Below the pieces are notes generated by a model that ran no database searches, was not told where the DNA came from, and saw only the letters and a program-made list of their open reading frames with translations. Made by a program: the position numbers and the translations under genes. From the NCBI GenBank assembly GCA_963836235.1, contig CAWIIP010000004.1, positions 512,001 to 576,000 of the forward strand: a stretch of DNA of 64,000 bases. The letters are read 5' to 3'. Shown piece after piece: positions 38,847-47,883 of the stretch; position 1 is the stretch's first letter; the number at the start of each line of letters is the position of its first letter. Source of the stretch: an uncultured Pseudomonadota bacterium (GTDB lineage Bacteria > Oederibacteriota > Muellerivitia > Muellerivitales > Muellerivitaceae).

Positions 38847-39336
38847 AAAGATCTGCCGCTTTGACGAGCAGGGTTTCAGCCTGGTGGAAATGCTGGTGGT
38901 CTTGGCCATCCTCGCCATACTGGCGGCCGTGACCCTGCCCTATGCCGAAACCACGGTTCGGCGGGACAAGGAATTGGAATTGCGCCGGGACTTAAGGCAG
39001 ATGCGCACCGCCATTGACCAGTTCCATGACAACTGGCAAAACGGGGTCATTCCAAAGTTGGGAACGGGCACCAGCGATGATGGTTTTCCCAAGGACCTGG
39101 ATGTCCTGGTGAAAGGCGTTGAACAAAGCGGGCCCAGGCCGGTGAAGCAAAAATACCTGCGGCGGGTTCCTGAAAACCCCTTCGGCGAGAAAAACCTGCC
39201 GCCGGAGGAGCAGTGGGGACGGCGCAGCTATGCCGACCAATCGGATTCCACCCAATGGGGGGGACAGGACGTCTACGACGTCTATTGCCCGGGGGATGAG
39301 AAGGCATTGGATGGGAGCTATTACCATGATTGGTAA
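38821..39336 (+). CDS. Pseudopilin
   Basis: QG-FSLVEMLVVLAIL class III signal; YLRRVPENPF; the start could be 38794. Confidence 0.87.
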   Translation: MPLASWSNKKICRFDEQGFSLVEMLVVLAILAILAAVTLPYAETTVRRDKELELRRDLRQMRTAIDQFHDNWQNGVIPKLGTGTSDDGFPKDLDVLVKGVEQSGPRPVKQKYLRRVPENPFGEKNLPPEEQWGRRSYADQSDSTQWGGQDVYDVYCPGDEKALDGSYYHDW

Positions 39337-39727
39337 CCGCCAAAGGCTAGGCCTTTGCGAGGATGGATTCACCTTCATTGAATTATTGATTGTCCTAGCC
39401 ATCATGTCGCTTTTGGCGAGCCTAGTGGTTGCGGTCTCCATGGGGAAAATCCGGCAGTCCAAGGAATCCGCACTGAAAGAGGACCTCCATAGTATGAGAA
39501 AGTCCCTTGATGACTTTTACGCGGATAAGGGGAAGTACCCCGTGAAACTGCAGGACTTGGTGGAGAAACATTACCTTCGTTCCATCCCCGTGGACCCCTT
39601 GACTGATAGCGAAGACACCTGGAAGGCGGTGATTTCCCAAGACCCGGCCCAAAAGGGAGGGATTGTGGACATCCATAGCGGTTCGGAGGAAAAGACAAGT
39701 GATGGAAAGCCTTATAACGAATGGTGA
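39326..39727 (+). CDS. Pseudopilin (GspG-like)
   Basis: DG-FTFIELLIV; YLRSIPVDPLT; C-terminal YNEW. Confidence 0.87.
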   Translation: MIGNRQRLGLCEDGFTFIELLIVLAIMSLLASLVVAVSMGKIRQSKESALKEDLHSMRKSLDDFYADKGKYPVKLQDLVEKHYLRSIPVDPLTDSEDTWKAVISQDPAQKGGIVDIHSGSEEKTSDGKPYNEW

Positions 39728-40230
39728 GAGGAAAAATTTTGAAATTTAAGATTTCGACATTAAGCGCGGGGCGGAACCGCCACCGTAGGTTAAGGGCCTT
39801 ATCCCAATCAGGGTTCACCTTGATTGAGCTTTTGATAGTCCTGGTCATTCTCTCCCTTTTGGCCGCGCTGGTGGGACCTGCCCTGGTGGAACGACTGAAG
39901 CCCGCCAAACGAACGGTGGCCCAGGCCCAGATTGAGGAGTTCATGGCCGCATTGGACAATTATTATGTGGATGTGGGCCGCTACCCCACTACGGCGGAAG
40001 GGACGCAGGCCCTGCGTGAAAAACCCCCTTCGGCCAAAAAATGGGATGGACCCTACCTGAAAAAAGAGGTCCCGATGGATCCCTGGGGAAATCCCTATGT
40101 CTATCGGTCGCCCGGCCATAATGGGGGATATGAGATTATTTCCTATGGTGCGGATGGGAAAGAAGGAGGGGAAGGGGAGAACGCGGATATCAACAGTTGG
40201 GAAACGGGTCCCGCAAAGGCTTCCAAGTGA
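39721..40230 (+). CDS. gspG: Major pseudopilin GspG
   Basis: SG-FTLIELLIV, WDGPYL, DPWGNPY, SYGADGKEGGEGENADI. Confidence 0.92.
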   Translation: MVRGKILKFKISTLSAGRNRHRRLRALSQSGFTLIELLIVLVILSLLAALVGPALVERLKPAKRTVAQAQIEEFMAALDNYYVDVGRYPTTAEGTQALREKPPSAKKWDGPYLKKEVPMDPWGNPYVYRSPGHNGGYEIISYGADGKEGGEGENADINSWETGPAKASK

Positions 40231-40793
40231 CATCCCGCCTGCGGCGGACCAAGCCTATCCATAATGAGGGCTTCGGTGCATCAGGGTTAATTCTTGGGAA
40301 AAATCAGAATGGCTATGCCTACGTCATGGTGATCGCAGCGGCGGCGGTCCTTGCTATACTGGCTGCGGCCGTTTCCGAACTGGTATCTTACGAAGTGCGG
40401 CACGATAAAGAGATGGAACTTTTATTTCGCGGCGGCGCCTATGCGAGAGCTATTGGGGCCTATTACAGGGCTGGCCCGGCTGGGAAAGCCCACACCTATC
40501 CCCGTCAATTGGAGGACCTCCTTTTTGATCCGCGTTTTCCCCGCAAGCGCTACCTGAGGGCCCTTTATCCGGAACCCTTTGGCGCGGGATGGGCCTTGGT
40601 CCGCTCTGCCGATAGCGGCATCACAGGCTTGGCCAGTCAATGCCAGGAGAAGCCCCAGAAACAGGATAACTTCCCCCCCGAGTTCCAAAATTTCACTGGG
40701 ACAGCACATTATTCGGATTGGATTTTCCTCTACCAGCCCAATGGAACTGGCCAAGCGGTTTCCCAGGCGCAAGGAACAACAAATCTTGATTAA
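40227..40793 (+). CDS. Minor pseudopilin lacking Glu5 (GspK-like position)
   Basis: NG-YAYVMVIA hydrophobic helix; EMELLFRG, YPRQLEDLL, YLRALYPEP. Confidence 0.75.
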   Translation: MTSRLRRTKPIHNEGFGASGLILGKNQNGYAYVMVIAAAAVLAILAAAVSELVSYEVRHDKEMELLFRGGAYARAIGAYYRAGPAGKAHTYPRQLEDLLFDPRFPRKRYLRALYPEPFGAGWALVRSADSGITGLASQCQEKPQKQDNFPPEFQNFTGTAHYSDWIFLYQPNGTGQAVSQAQGTTNLD

Positions 40794-40810
40794 AGGGGCG
40801 CCCGGAAGCG

Positions 40811-40839
40811 TTGACACTCTAGGGGGTTAACCCTATCAT
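40811..40839 (+). promoter_or_regulatory. Sigma70 promoter upstream of the FmdB-like gene
   Basis: TTGACA-N17-TATCAT. Confidence 0.8.
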
Positions 40840-40871
40840 TAGGTTTTTCCAGATCATTTATGAGGTTTTAG

Positions 40872-41171
40872 ATGCCAACTTACGAATATTCCTGCGAAAA
40901 ATGTGGCTCTTTTGAGATATGGCAGTCCATCAAGGACAATGCCCTGGGAGTTTGTCCTACTTGTGGCTCAAAGGTCGAACGATTGATTTCCGCGAACGTG
41001 GGGTTTGTCTTTAAGGGATCAGGTTTTTATCAAAATGAGTATAAAAATGCTCCGACTGCCCCAGTAAAGACGCCCAGCCCGGCCAAGGTGGAAGAAAAAC
41101 CCAAGGCCGACGCGGTTCCCGGTTGCGGCACCTGTGGGAGCCCAGATCCCTGTCCTTCGGGGAATAATTAA
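40872..41171 (+). CDS. FmdB-family zinc-ribbon protein
   Basis: MPTYEYSCEKC...CPTCG...FKGSGFY. Confidence 0.9.
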   Translation: MPTYEYSCEKCGSFEIWQSIKDNALGVCPTCGSKVERLISANVGFVFKGSGFYQNEYKNAPTAPVKTPSPAKVEEKPKADAVPGCGTCGSPDPCPSGNN

Positions 41172-41189
41172 CGGTTTAAGGAGCGGACA

Positions 41190-41372
41190 TTGGCGCCAGG
41201 ATGGATTGTGGGGATAATTATAGGTTACGTGCTGTTTAACTTGGGTCTTTGGAAGTCGGATTCTACCCCCAAGCCCCAGGATACCCTTTGGGCTTTGGTT
41301 ATGCTGGGCGGCACCATTCTGATGTTCCTTTCGGTCTTACTTTGGGCCGTGCCGGGTTTTTTCAGTTCGTAA
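41190..41372 (+). CDS. Small hypothetical membrane protein
   Basis: AGGAG SD, TTG start, two hydrophobic segments. Confidence 0.6.
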   Translation: MAPGWIVGIIIGYVLFNLGLWKSDSTPKPQDTLWALVMLGGTILMFLSVLLWAVPGFFSS

Positions 41373-41396
41373 TTGGAAACTGGAAGGTTTTTGGGA

Positions 41397-41744
41397 ATGA
41401 AAGAACTTATTACCGAAGAACAGGCCAACTTGGTCATTCTTTTATTGTCCATCGCGGTGGCGTTGGTCAGTTTGGGTTTTGGGGTTTACCAATCTTCGAA
41501 AGTGGAAAAAGGTAAAAAGGCATTTCATTGGGCTAACTGCTTATTATGCGCCCTTGTTGGTCCGGTGATTTGGATCTTTTGGCAGGTCTATAATTCCATC
41601 GAAAACTATTATGGTTTAGATTCTTTAAAGGCATTGGAGATTAATTTTTTCATCGCGATCGGTCTCGGAGCTGTTTTTTTTGTTTTGTTTTACTTCATTC
41701 CCAGTTGGATTCCGGAAAAGTCAGCGGCCAAACACCGGAAGTAA
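41397..41744 (+). CDS. Hypothetical membrane protein (3 TM)
   Basis: Three hydrophobic segments; start placed at ATG 41397. Confidence 0.7.
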   Translation: MKELITEEQANLVILLLSIAVALVSLGFGVYQSSKVEKGKKAFHWANCLLCALVGPVIWIFWQVYNSIENYYGLDSLKALEINFFIAIGLGAVFFVLFYFIPSWIPEKSAAKHRK

Positions 41745-41814
41745 AATCTGATGGCAGTCCGCAGTTGGCAGTCCAGGACCAGCCCAAAAAATAAGTCCAA
41801 ACGTCTAAACACCC

Positions 41815-42696
41815 ATGAATAAATCAGATCCTTTATCCATTTTAAAAGAAGTCCGCCGGCTCGAAATTGTCACCCGTGGAGCCGTCGACACTCTCTTAAA
41901 AGGCTCCTATAAAAGTACATTTCGGGGCCGAGGCTTGGAATTCAACCAAGTCCGGGAATATACCCCTGAAGACGATTTTCGCACCATTGACTGGAATGTT
42001 ACCGCCCGACTAAACGCACCTTTTGTTAAAACCTACATTGAGGAACGGGAACTCCAAGTTGTCGTGGCCATTGATCTTTCAGCTTCTCTTTGGCACGGAA
42101 CGGGGCCCCTGAGTAAAAGAGAAACCGCCCTTCGGCTTTGCGCGGTCATGGCTTTTGCGGCCGTCCAACACCAGGACCGGGCGGGGCTTTTGGTTTTCAC
42201 GGATCGAGTGGAATATTACATTCCTCCCAAGCGGGGGAAATCCGCCATTATGGGCGCGCTTCGGGATCTAGTCGCGTTTAAACCCATCGGCAAAAAGACG
42301 AATTATAAGCCGGCTTTCCAAATGCTGACCAAGGTTCTCAAGCGTCGAAGCGTTTTGATGGTGATTTCGGATTTTACCGAGGCCATCCCGATGGAAGCGG
42401 CTTCGGTCCTGGCCCGACGGCATGACCTGATGGCGGCGGTGGTGAAGGACCCGTTGGAAAAGGATTTCAAACTGCCCGCCCGATTGGCGGTCCATGACCC
42501 GGAAACGGGAAGAGTGGGATATCTTTCCCCCGGCTCCAGGGCTGTTTTTCAAAAAGCTGACCAGTTTCGGGAAACCCAATTGAGAGCTCTTGTTTCCAAG
42601 GGCGCGGACATCCTTGACCTGACGGCGGGTCAAGACGTTATTCCCCGCCTTGTCCAATTTTTTCGTAAACGTCAAGAACGGATGGGACGACGATGA
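41815..42696 (+). CDS. DUF58-domain protein (MoxR-associated)
   Basis: FRGRGLEF, REYTPEDD, IDWNVTAR, ISDF. Confidence 0.92.
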   Translation: MNKSDPLSILKEVRRLEIVTRGAVDTLLKGSYKSTFRGRGLEFNQVREYTPEDDFRTIDWNVTARLNAPFVKTYIEERELQVVVAIDLSASLWHGTGPLSKRETALRLCAVMAFAAVQHQDRAGLLVFTDRVEYYIPPKRGKSAIMGALRDLVAFKPIGKKTNYKPAFQMLTKVLKRRSVLMVISDFTEAIPMEAASVLARRHDLMAAVVKDPLEKDFKLPARLAVHDPETGRVGYLSPGSRAVFQKADQFRETQLRALVSKGADILDLTAGQDVIPRLVQFFRKRQERMGRR

Positions 42697-43808
42697 CTCC
42701 TGAGGGTTTTCATTTTGCCGATCCCATTTGGCTTTATGGCTTGCCTCTCGCTTTCTTGGTCCTCGTACTTGCTTTCTTTCATTCCCGCGCCAAACATTCC
42801 ACACTTTTAGTGGGCAACCCCCGCCTGGTTGAATGGGCGCCAGGCTTTTTTTCCATTCAACTCATACCCTGGTTTTTACGACTTCTGGCCGTTTGCCTTT
42901 GCCTGATTGCCGCCGCGAGGCCCCAATCGGGCCAAAAGAAGGTCGAGGAGAAGATGCCCGTCACCGATTTGTTCGTGGCGTTAGACGTTTCGGGTTCCAT
43001 GGTAACCAATGACTTAAAACCCAACCGGATTACCGCGGCCAAGCATTTTTTGTCCGAGTTTTTGGACAAAATCCAAAATGTAAGGGTAGGGTTGACCATT
43101 TTTGCTCGAATCAGTTTTACCCAATGTCCCCTGACTAATGACGTGGGTATTGTTAAACAACTTTTGGCGAATGTGGAACCGGCTCCCCATTCCATTAAGC
43201 TGGATGGAACGGCAATTGGGGATGCTTTGGTGTCTTGTTTGAACCGGCTCCAAAACGGAACGGGAAAGGGCGCTGAACAGACGTCGGCCGAACCTTCGGT
43301 ACTATCCAAATTACTGGGAGAGGCGAAGCCTTCTGGGGAAGCGAGTGATAATAATAACCAAGCCATCGTTCTTTTGACGGATGGAGGGAATAACGCGGGA
43401 GCTGTGGACCCTTTGGCAGCGGCTAAAATCGCGGCCAGCCGGGGAGTGAAAATTTATACCATTGGAATGGGAGCTAAGCATAGCGTGCCAGCTTTGTTTG
43501 AGTATCCCGATGGCCATTTGGCGCCAGCCATTGATCCGAGAACCGGGCAAATCGCCATGAGCGATCCCGTGGATATGGCTCTTTTAACGGAAATCGCCAA
43601 TATCACCGGGGGGAAGGCTTATGCCGCGACGGACAACCACGCCTTTCAGGCAATTTTGGACGAGATAGCCCGGTTGGAAAAAAGGGATGTTTCGGTAACG
43701 ACCCACTGGGAATATAACGAACTTGCGTCTTATTTTTTATTGGCGGCTTTTTTAATCCTAGCGTTGGACATTGGATTGGAAACGACTGTGTTACGAACTC
43801 TTCCGTGA
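42693..43808 (+). CDS. batA: VWA-domain membrane protein (BatA-like)
   Basis: AARPQ, DVSGSM MIDAS motif, GTAIGDAL, LLTDG, IYTIGMG. Confidence 0.88.
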   Translation: MTPEGFHFADPIWLYGLPLAFLVLVLAFFHSRAKHSTLLVGNPRLVEWAPGFFSIQLIPWFLRLLAVCLCLIAAARPQSGQKKVEEKMPVTDLFVALDVSGSMVTNDLKPNRITAAKHFLSEFLDKIQNVRVGLTIFARISFTQCPLTNDVGIVKQLLANVEPAPHSIKLDGTAIGDALVSCLNRLQNGTGKGAEQTSAEPSVLSKLLGEAKPSGEASDNNNQAIVLLTDGGNNAGAVDPLAAAKIAASRGVKIYTIGMGAKHSVPALFEYPDGHLAPAIDPRTGQIAMSDPVDMALLTEIANITGGKAYAATDNHAFQAILDEIARLEKRDVSVTTHWEYNELASYFLLAAFLILALDIGLETTVLRTLP

Positions 43809-43844
43809 TGTTTTGTAGGTTCGAATTTTAAATTTGGATGGTTT

Positions 43845-44834
43845 ATGCATATTGCGAATGACGACTGGTTATTGTACCTGGCCCCACTTTTCTTGGTATG
43901 GGCAGTAGCCACCTTCTATACCTTTTGGCGGGATAAGAGGGATTTAGGCTTATTGGGAAACCATAATTTGATTTTGTCTCCAGGGATTGTCTTGGTCCGA
44001 AGAGTGGTAAAAGGATTTCTAATCTTAGTTGGCTTTTTCCTTGTCTTTTTGGGCGCGATTCGTTTGCAAGGAAAGCCGGTGCCGGGCGACCTTAACTTAA
44101 GGGGCATTGACGTCATGGTGGTTCTGGATGTTTCCAAAAGTATGTTGACCCAGGATATGGTGCCCAACCGTCTCGAAGCCGCCAAGAGGGCGGTTCTCAA
44201 TTGGCTTCAAAATGAAGATGGGGACAGGGTAGGTGTCGCCATTTTCGCGGGAGAAGCCTTGGTGCAAGTTCCATTGACAATGGACTTGGAAGCCGTTTCC
44301 CTGGTTCTTTCCAAAGCAGATGTGGACTCCGTTGACCGGGGTGGCACAGATATCGGCGAGGGAATCAAGACAGCATTGGCCGCTTTTGATAAGGATGACC
44401 AATCAAAACGTGGAAAAGCCATCCTGCTCATTACCGATGGGGAAACGACGGAGGGATCTTCCGACGTGACTGAGGCCTGCCGTCAAGCCAAAGGAAAGAA
44501 TATACCCATCCTCGCCGTCGGGATCGGAACACCCAAGGGAAAGCCCATCCCCGACGGAGTTTCTTTTTGGGGTGAGGCTATCTACAAGAAAGACGAGGCA
44601 GGAAACATTCATGTCAGCCATTTAGACGAGGGGACTCTGAAAAAAATTGCCGGCCTTACCGATGGAGTTTTTGTTCAGGGTGATAGTGAAGAAGGACTCG
44701 AATCTATTAAAGAACACTTGAATCAATTGCAAAAAACCGAAATGAAAGGGAAGGGAACAATGCGGCGGGAAGAATTGGCCCCCGCCCTTGCCGCCGGGTC
44801 AGCCTTTACCCTTTTACTTTCATTTCTTTTATAG
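43845..44834 (+). CDS. batB: VWA-domain membrane protein (BatB-like)
   Basis: DVSKSM, PNRLEAAK, FAGEA, ITDGE, GIGT. Confidence 0.85.
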   Translation: MHIANDDWLLYLAPLFLVWAVATFYTFWRDKRDLGLLGNHNLILSPGIVLVRRVVKGFLILVGFFLVFLGAIRLQGKPVPGDLNLRGIDVMVVLDVSKSMLTQDMVPNRLEAAKRAVLNWLQNEDGDRVGVAIFAGEALVQVPLTMDLEAVSLVLSKADVDSVDRGGTDIGEGIKTALAAFDKDDQSKRGKAILLITDGETTEGSSDVTEACRQAKGKNIPILAVGIGTPKGKPIPDGVSFWGEAIYKKDEAGNIHVSHLDEGTLKKIAGLTDGVFVQGDSEEGLESIKEHLNQLQKTEMKGKGTMRREELAPALAAGSAFTLLLSFLL

Positions 44835-44840
44835 GAGTAA

Positions 44841-45809
44841 ATGGTGTTTTTAAATGTGATGGATCATAAATTGAATATTTCTCCCCGAATGGTTTTGGGG
44901 GTTTGGCTGCTTTTGGCTTTTGGGGGGCCTTCGCGGGTACTGGCCGCGTCGCCGGGAGAGCAGGCTTATGACCAAAAAGATTATGAAGCGGCGGAAAAAT
45001 ATTATGGTGAAAAAGCCCAATCTGGATCAGGCACAGCCGCGGATGCCTATGACTGGGGGAATGTCCTTTACCAGATGAAGAAATACGAAGAGTCCGAAAA
45101 GGCCTATGGAATGGCCATCCAAAAAAAACCAAATTTGGAGCAGGGGTGGTACAACCTCGGGAATTCCGTTTTTCAACAGGAGCGATATCGGGACTCCATT
45201 TCGGACTATCAAAAAGCCTTGCAATTAAATCCGGATGACGGGGACGCCAAGTTTAATATGGCGCTGGCCGAAAAATTATTAAAAAAGAACCCTAAAAAGG
45301 ATAAGAGCGCGCCTCCCAAAAAAGACGATCAAAAAAAACAACAAAAACAACAGCAAGCCCAAAACCAACAGCAGAATCAGCAACAAAACCAACAACAAAA
45401 TCAGTCTTCGAAAAAAGATCAACAAACTCAAAACCAGCCTGGTCAAAAGCCGGATCAAAAAAATAATTCTTCCGGCAATCCGAATCCGCAACATAAACAG
45501 TCCCCGAGCCAGAGCCAACAAAAGCAAGCTGACGCCAACGCCGCTTCGCAGGAACGGCAAGAAGATCAAAAACGGCAAGAGCAGGCGAAAAAGGAATTGA
45601 AACTTACGGATAAGCAGGTTAAGGACCTCATGGCTCAACTCCAAAAGCAGGAAGAAAGGACCCAACAATATTATTCGGCCAATCCTAAAAAGGACCGGCA
45701 AAACCAGGATCCGATGTGGAATTTTATGCCGAAAGAACAGCAGGAATTCATGAGGCGTTTTATGGGCCAGCCCTCCAAGAAAGACGATAACGTTCCGGAA
45801 GACTGGTAA
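44841..45809 (+). CDS. batC: TPR protein with Gln-rich tail (BatC-like)
   Basis: YNLGNS, ALQLNPDDGDAKFN, Q/N-rich linker, C-terminal DW. Confidence 0.82.
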   Translation: MVFLNVMDHKLNISPRMVLGVWLLLAFGGPSRVLAASPGEQAYDQKDYEAAEKYYGEKAQSGSGTAADAYDWGNVLYQMKKYEESEKAYGMAIQKKPNLEQGWYNLGNSVFQQERYRDSISDYQKALQLNPDDGDAKFNMALAEKLLKKNPKKDKSAPPKKDDQKKQQKQQQAQNQQQNQQQNQQQNQSSKKDQQTQNQPGQKPDQKNNSSGNPNPQHKQSPSQSQQKQADANAASQERQEDQKRQEQAKKELKLTDKQVKDLMAQLQKQEERTQQYYSANPKKDRQNQDPMWNFMPKEQQEFMRRFMGQPSKKDDNVPEDW

Positions 45810-45874
45810 TGACTTTGGTTTTGAGGATTATTTTGGTATTTTGAGGGCCGTTTTGAACGGCAAAGGGTAAGGAA

Positions 45875-46849
45875 ATGAAAATGAATTTTAAGCTACTTGG
45901 CCTTTTTGCGATGACTTTTTGGGGAAGCCTCGGGACGCTACCTGTGATGGCCCAACAGGGGGGCGAAACCATCGGTTTACGGATGGATGTGGATAAGCGC
46001 CAAGTGGAGGTGGGGGACCATTTGACGGTGAGTATTGAGTTCAAACAAGTTGGGAGTGGTAATTCGGCCAATGGGGAGCCTTCAATCTCTACGCCGGAGC
46101 ATTTCGAGATTCAGGGCCAATCTTCCGCGACACAAGTAACCATTATTAATCAACAGGAAGCTATGGTTTCTACGACTCGTTTGAGCCTTGTGGCCACCAA
46201 GGCCGGGGACGAGACCTTGGGTCCGGCTCTTCTGATCTACCAAGATCCGCAGGGACAAAAGCACGAAATCAAATCCAATGTAGTGACCGTAACCGTGGTT
46301 GAAAAATCGGGTTTTTCCCTTTTTGGTAAAAAGAATAGTAGCCCGAGCCCAACTCCGGAGATTACTCCAACTGAGTCGGATGAACCCAGGGACGTAAAAC
46401 CTCTCTTGAATGACTCTCATACAGGACTTCGAGTGCTTTTTTGGCTGGTCGTTGCCGCCTTGGTGGCCGGATTCATATGGTGGCACTTCCGGCAAAAAGG
46501 TCCGGTAAGTAGTCCCACTGTTGCTCCCTTAGGGAAGGCGGCCCAACTGAGAGATAGTTGGAAGAAACTATCGAATGAGGACTTGTCCTCGAAAGAATTT
46601 TGCTTGGGACTTTCGAGCCTGGTTCGGGAATGCCTTCAATACCGTTTTGGTTTTTCGGCGGTACATTACACCACCGAGGAAATTCTAAAGGAAATGGCAA
46701 AATCCAAAGCTACGGAGGATGAGAAAATCTCGGCGGAGAAGATTCTCAAAACCTGTGACCGGGTCCTGCATGCGGATGGAAATCTGACGGGCAGGGATGC
46801 TTTGCGGGCCCTTTGTTCGCCGCTTTTGCCGAAAATACCCAAATCATAG
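45875..46849 (+). CDS. Short BatD-like protein
   Basis: Signal peptide, one Ig-like BatD domain (VDKRQVEVGD...SSATQVTIIN), TM, TTEEIL tail. Confidence 0.7.
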   Translation: MKMNFKLLGLFAMTFWGSLGTLPVMAQQGGETIGLRMDVDKRQVEVGDHLTVSIEFKQVGSGNSANGEPSISTPEHFEIQGQSSATQVTIINQQEAMVSTTRLSLVATKAGDETLGPALLIYQDPQGQKHEIKSNVVTVTVVEKSGFSLFGKKNSSPSPTPEITPTESDEPRDVKPLLNDSHTGLRVLFWLVVAALVAGFIWWHFRQKGPVSSPTVAPLGKAAQLRDSWKKLSNEDLSSKEFCLGLSSLVRECLQYRFGFSAVHYTTEEILKEMAKSKATEDEKISAEKILKTCDRVLHADGNLTGRDALRALCSPLLPKIPKS

Positions 46850-46893
46850 TCGGCAGTCCATATTGAGGTTTAAAGTTAAAAAAGGAGAGATCG

Positions 46894-47883
46894 ATGGCAA
46901 CCCAAAATGAGGAATTAACGCAGGAAGGACAGCGGCTCAGCGAGCAATTCGCCAAAGTCCGCGAAGAAGTTTCGAAAGTTATCGTGGGTCAAGAAGGCCT
47001 TCTTGACCGCCTACTGCTTGGACTTTTGGCCCGGGGGCATTTGCTTTTGGAGGGATTGCCGGGTTTGGCCAAGACCCTGGCTATCCGAACCCTTTCCGAA
47101 GCCTTAGGTATATCCTTCAGCCGAATTCAATTTACGCCCGATCTTTTACCGGCGGACCTTTTGGGAACCAGAATTTATATGCCTGCCAAGGGTGACTTCA
47201 AAACCCAAAAAGGACCGGTCTTCGCCAATCTCGTTCTGGCGGATGAGATCAATCGGGCCCCCGCAAAGGTCCAATCGGCGCTGTTGGAAGCCATGCAAGA
47301 ACACCAGGTCACCATTGGTCCTGATACTTTCAAATTGGAAGAGCCCTTTTTTGTGATGGCTACCCAAAATCCTATCGAACACGAGGGGACCTACCCCCTT
47401 CCGGAAGCCCAGGTCGACCGGTTTTTTATGAAAATTCAAGTGACTTATCCGGAATTCAAGGATGAAAAGGAAATCATCACCCGGATGACAGGTGGAAGTG
47501 GGATTAAGACCAAGGAAATTCTTTCCGCCCAAGCTATTCTCAAGTCCCAAAATATTGTCGATGGTATTTTTGTGAGTGAACCCCTGAAGGATTACATCGT
47601 GCATTTGGTAACCGCCACCCGGAAACCCAAAGACTATCAATTAGAAAAGCTGACTCCTCTTATTGAATATGGAGCCAGTCCAAGGGCTTCCATTGGCTTG
47701 ACGGTTGCTGCCAAGGCTCACGCTTTTTTGAATGGACGGGGATATGCGACACCGGAAGATGTAAAAGCCCTGGCGCCGGACGTCATGCGCCATCGTTTGA
47801 TTTTGACCTATGAGGCTGAAGCCCAAAACTTGAAGACGGATGATCTGATCGCCCAAATCCTGCAAAAAGTCCGGGTTCCTTGA
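46894..47883 (+). CDS. moxR: MoxR-family AAA+ ATPase
   Basis: EGLPGLAKT, RIQFTPDLLPAD, LADEINRAPAKVQSALLEAM, YPLPEAQVDRF. Confidence 0.95.
   Translation: MATQNEELTQEGQRLSEQFAKVREEVSKVIVGQEGLLDRLLLGLLARGHLLLEGLPGLAKTLAIRTLSEALGISFSRIQFTPDLLPADLLGTRIYMPAKGDFKTQKGPVFANLVLADEINRAPAKVQSALLEAMQEHQVTIGPDTFKLEEPFFVMATQNPIEHEGTYPLPEAQVDRFFMKIQVTYPEFKDEKEIITRMTGGSGIKTKEILSAQAILKSQNIVDGIFVSEPLKDYIVHLVTATRKPKDYQLEKLTPLIEYGASPRASIGLTVAAKAHAFLNGRGYATPEDVKALAPDVMRHRLILTYEAEAQNLKTDDLIAQILQKVRVP

Noticed and set aside
36573-38918. 781-aa ORF antisense to the secretin
   Set aside because: Shadow of a GC3-rich sense gene; no motifs and complete overlap with a well-supported CDS.
25642-40793. Secretion block as a mobile element
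   Set aside because: No integrase, transposase, tRNA target or flanking direct repeats seen; horizontal origin remains unproven.
45330-45560. CAA/CAG-rich low-complexity tract
   Set aside because: Ordinary Gln-rich linker expected in BatC-like proteins.
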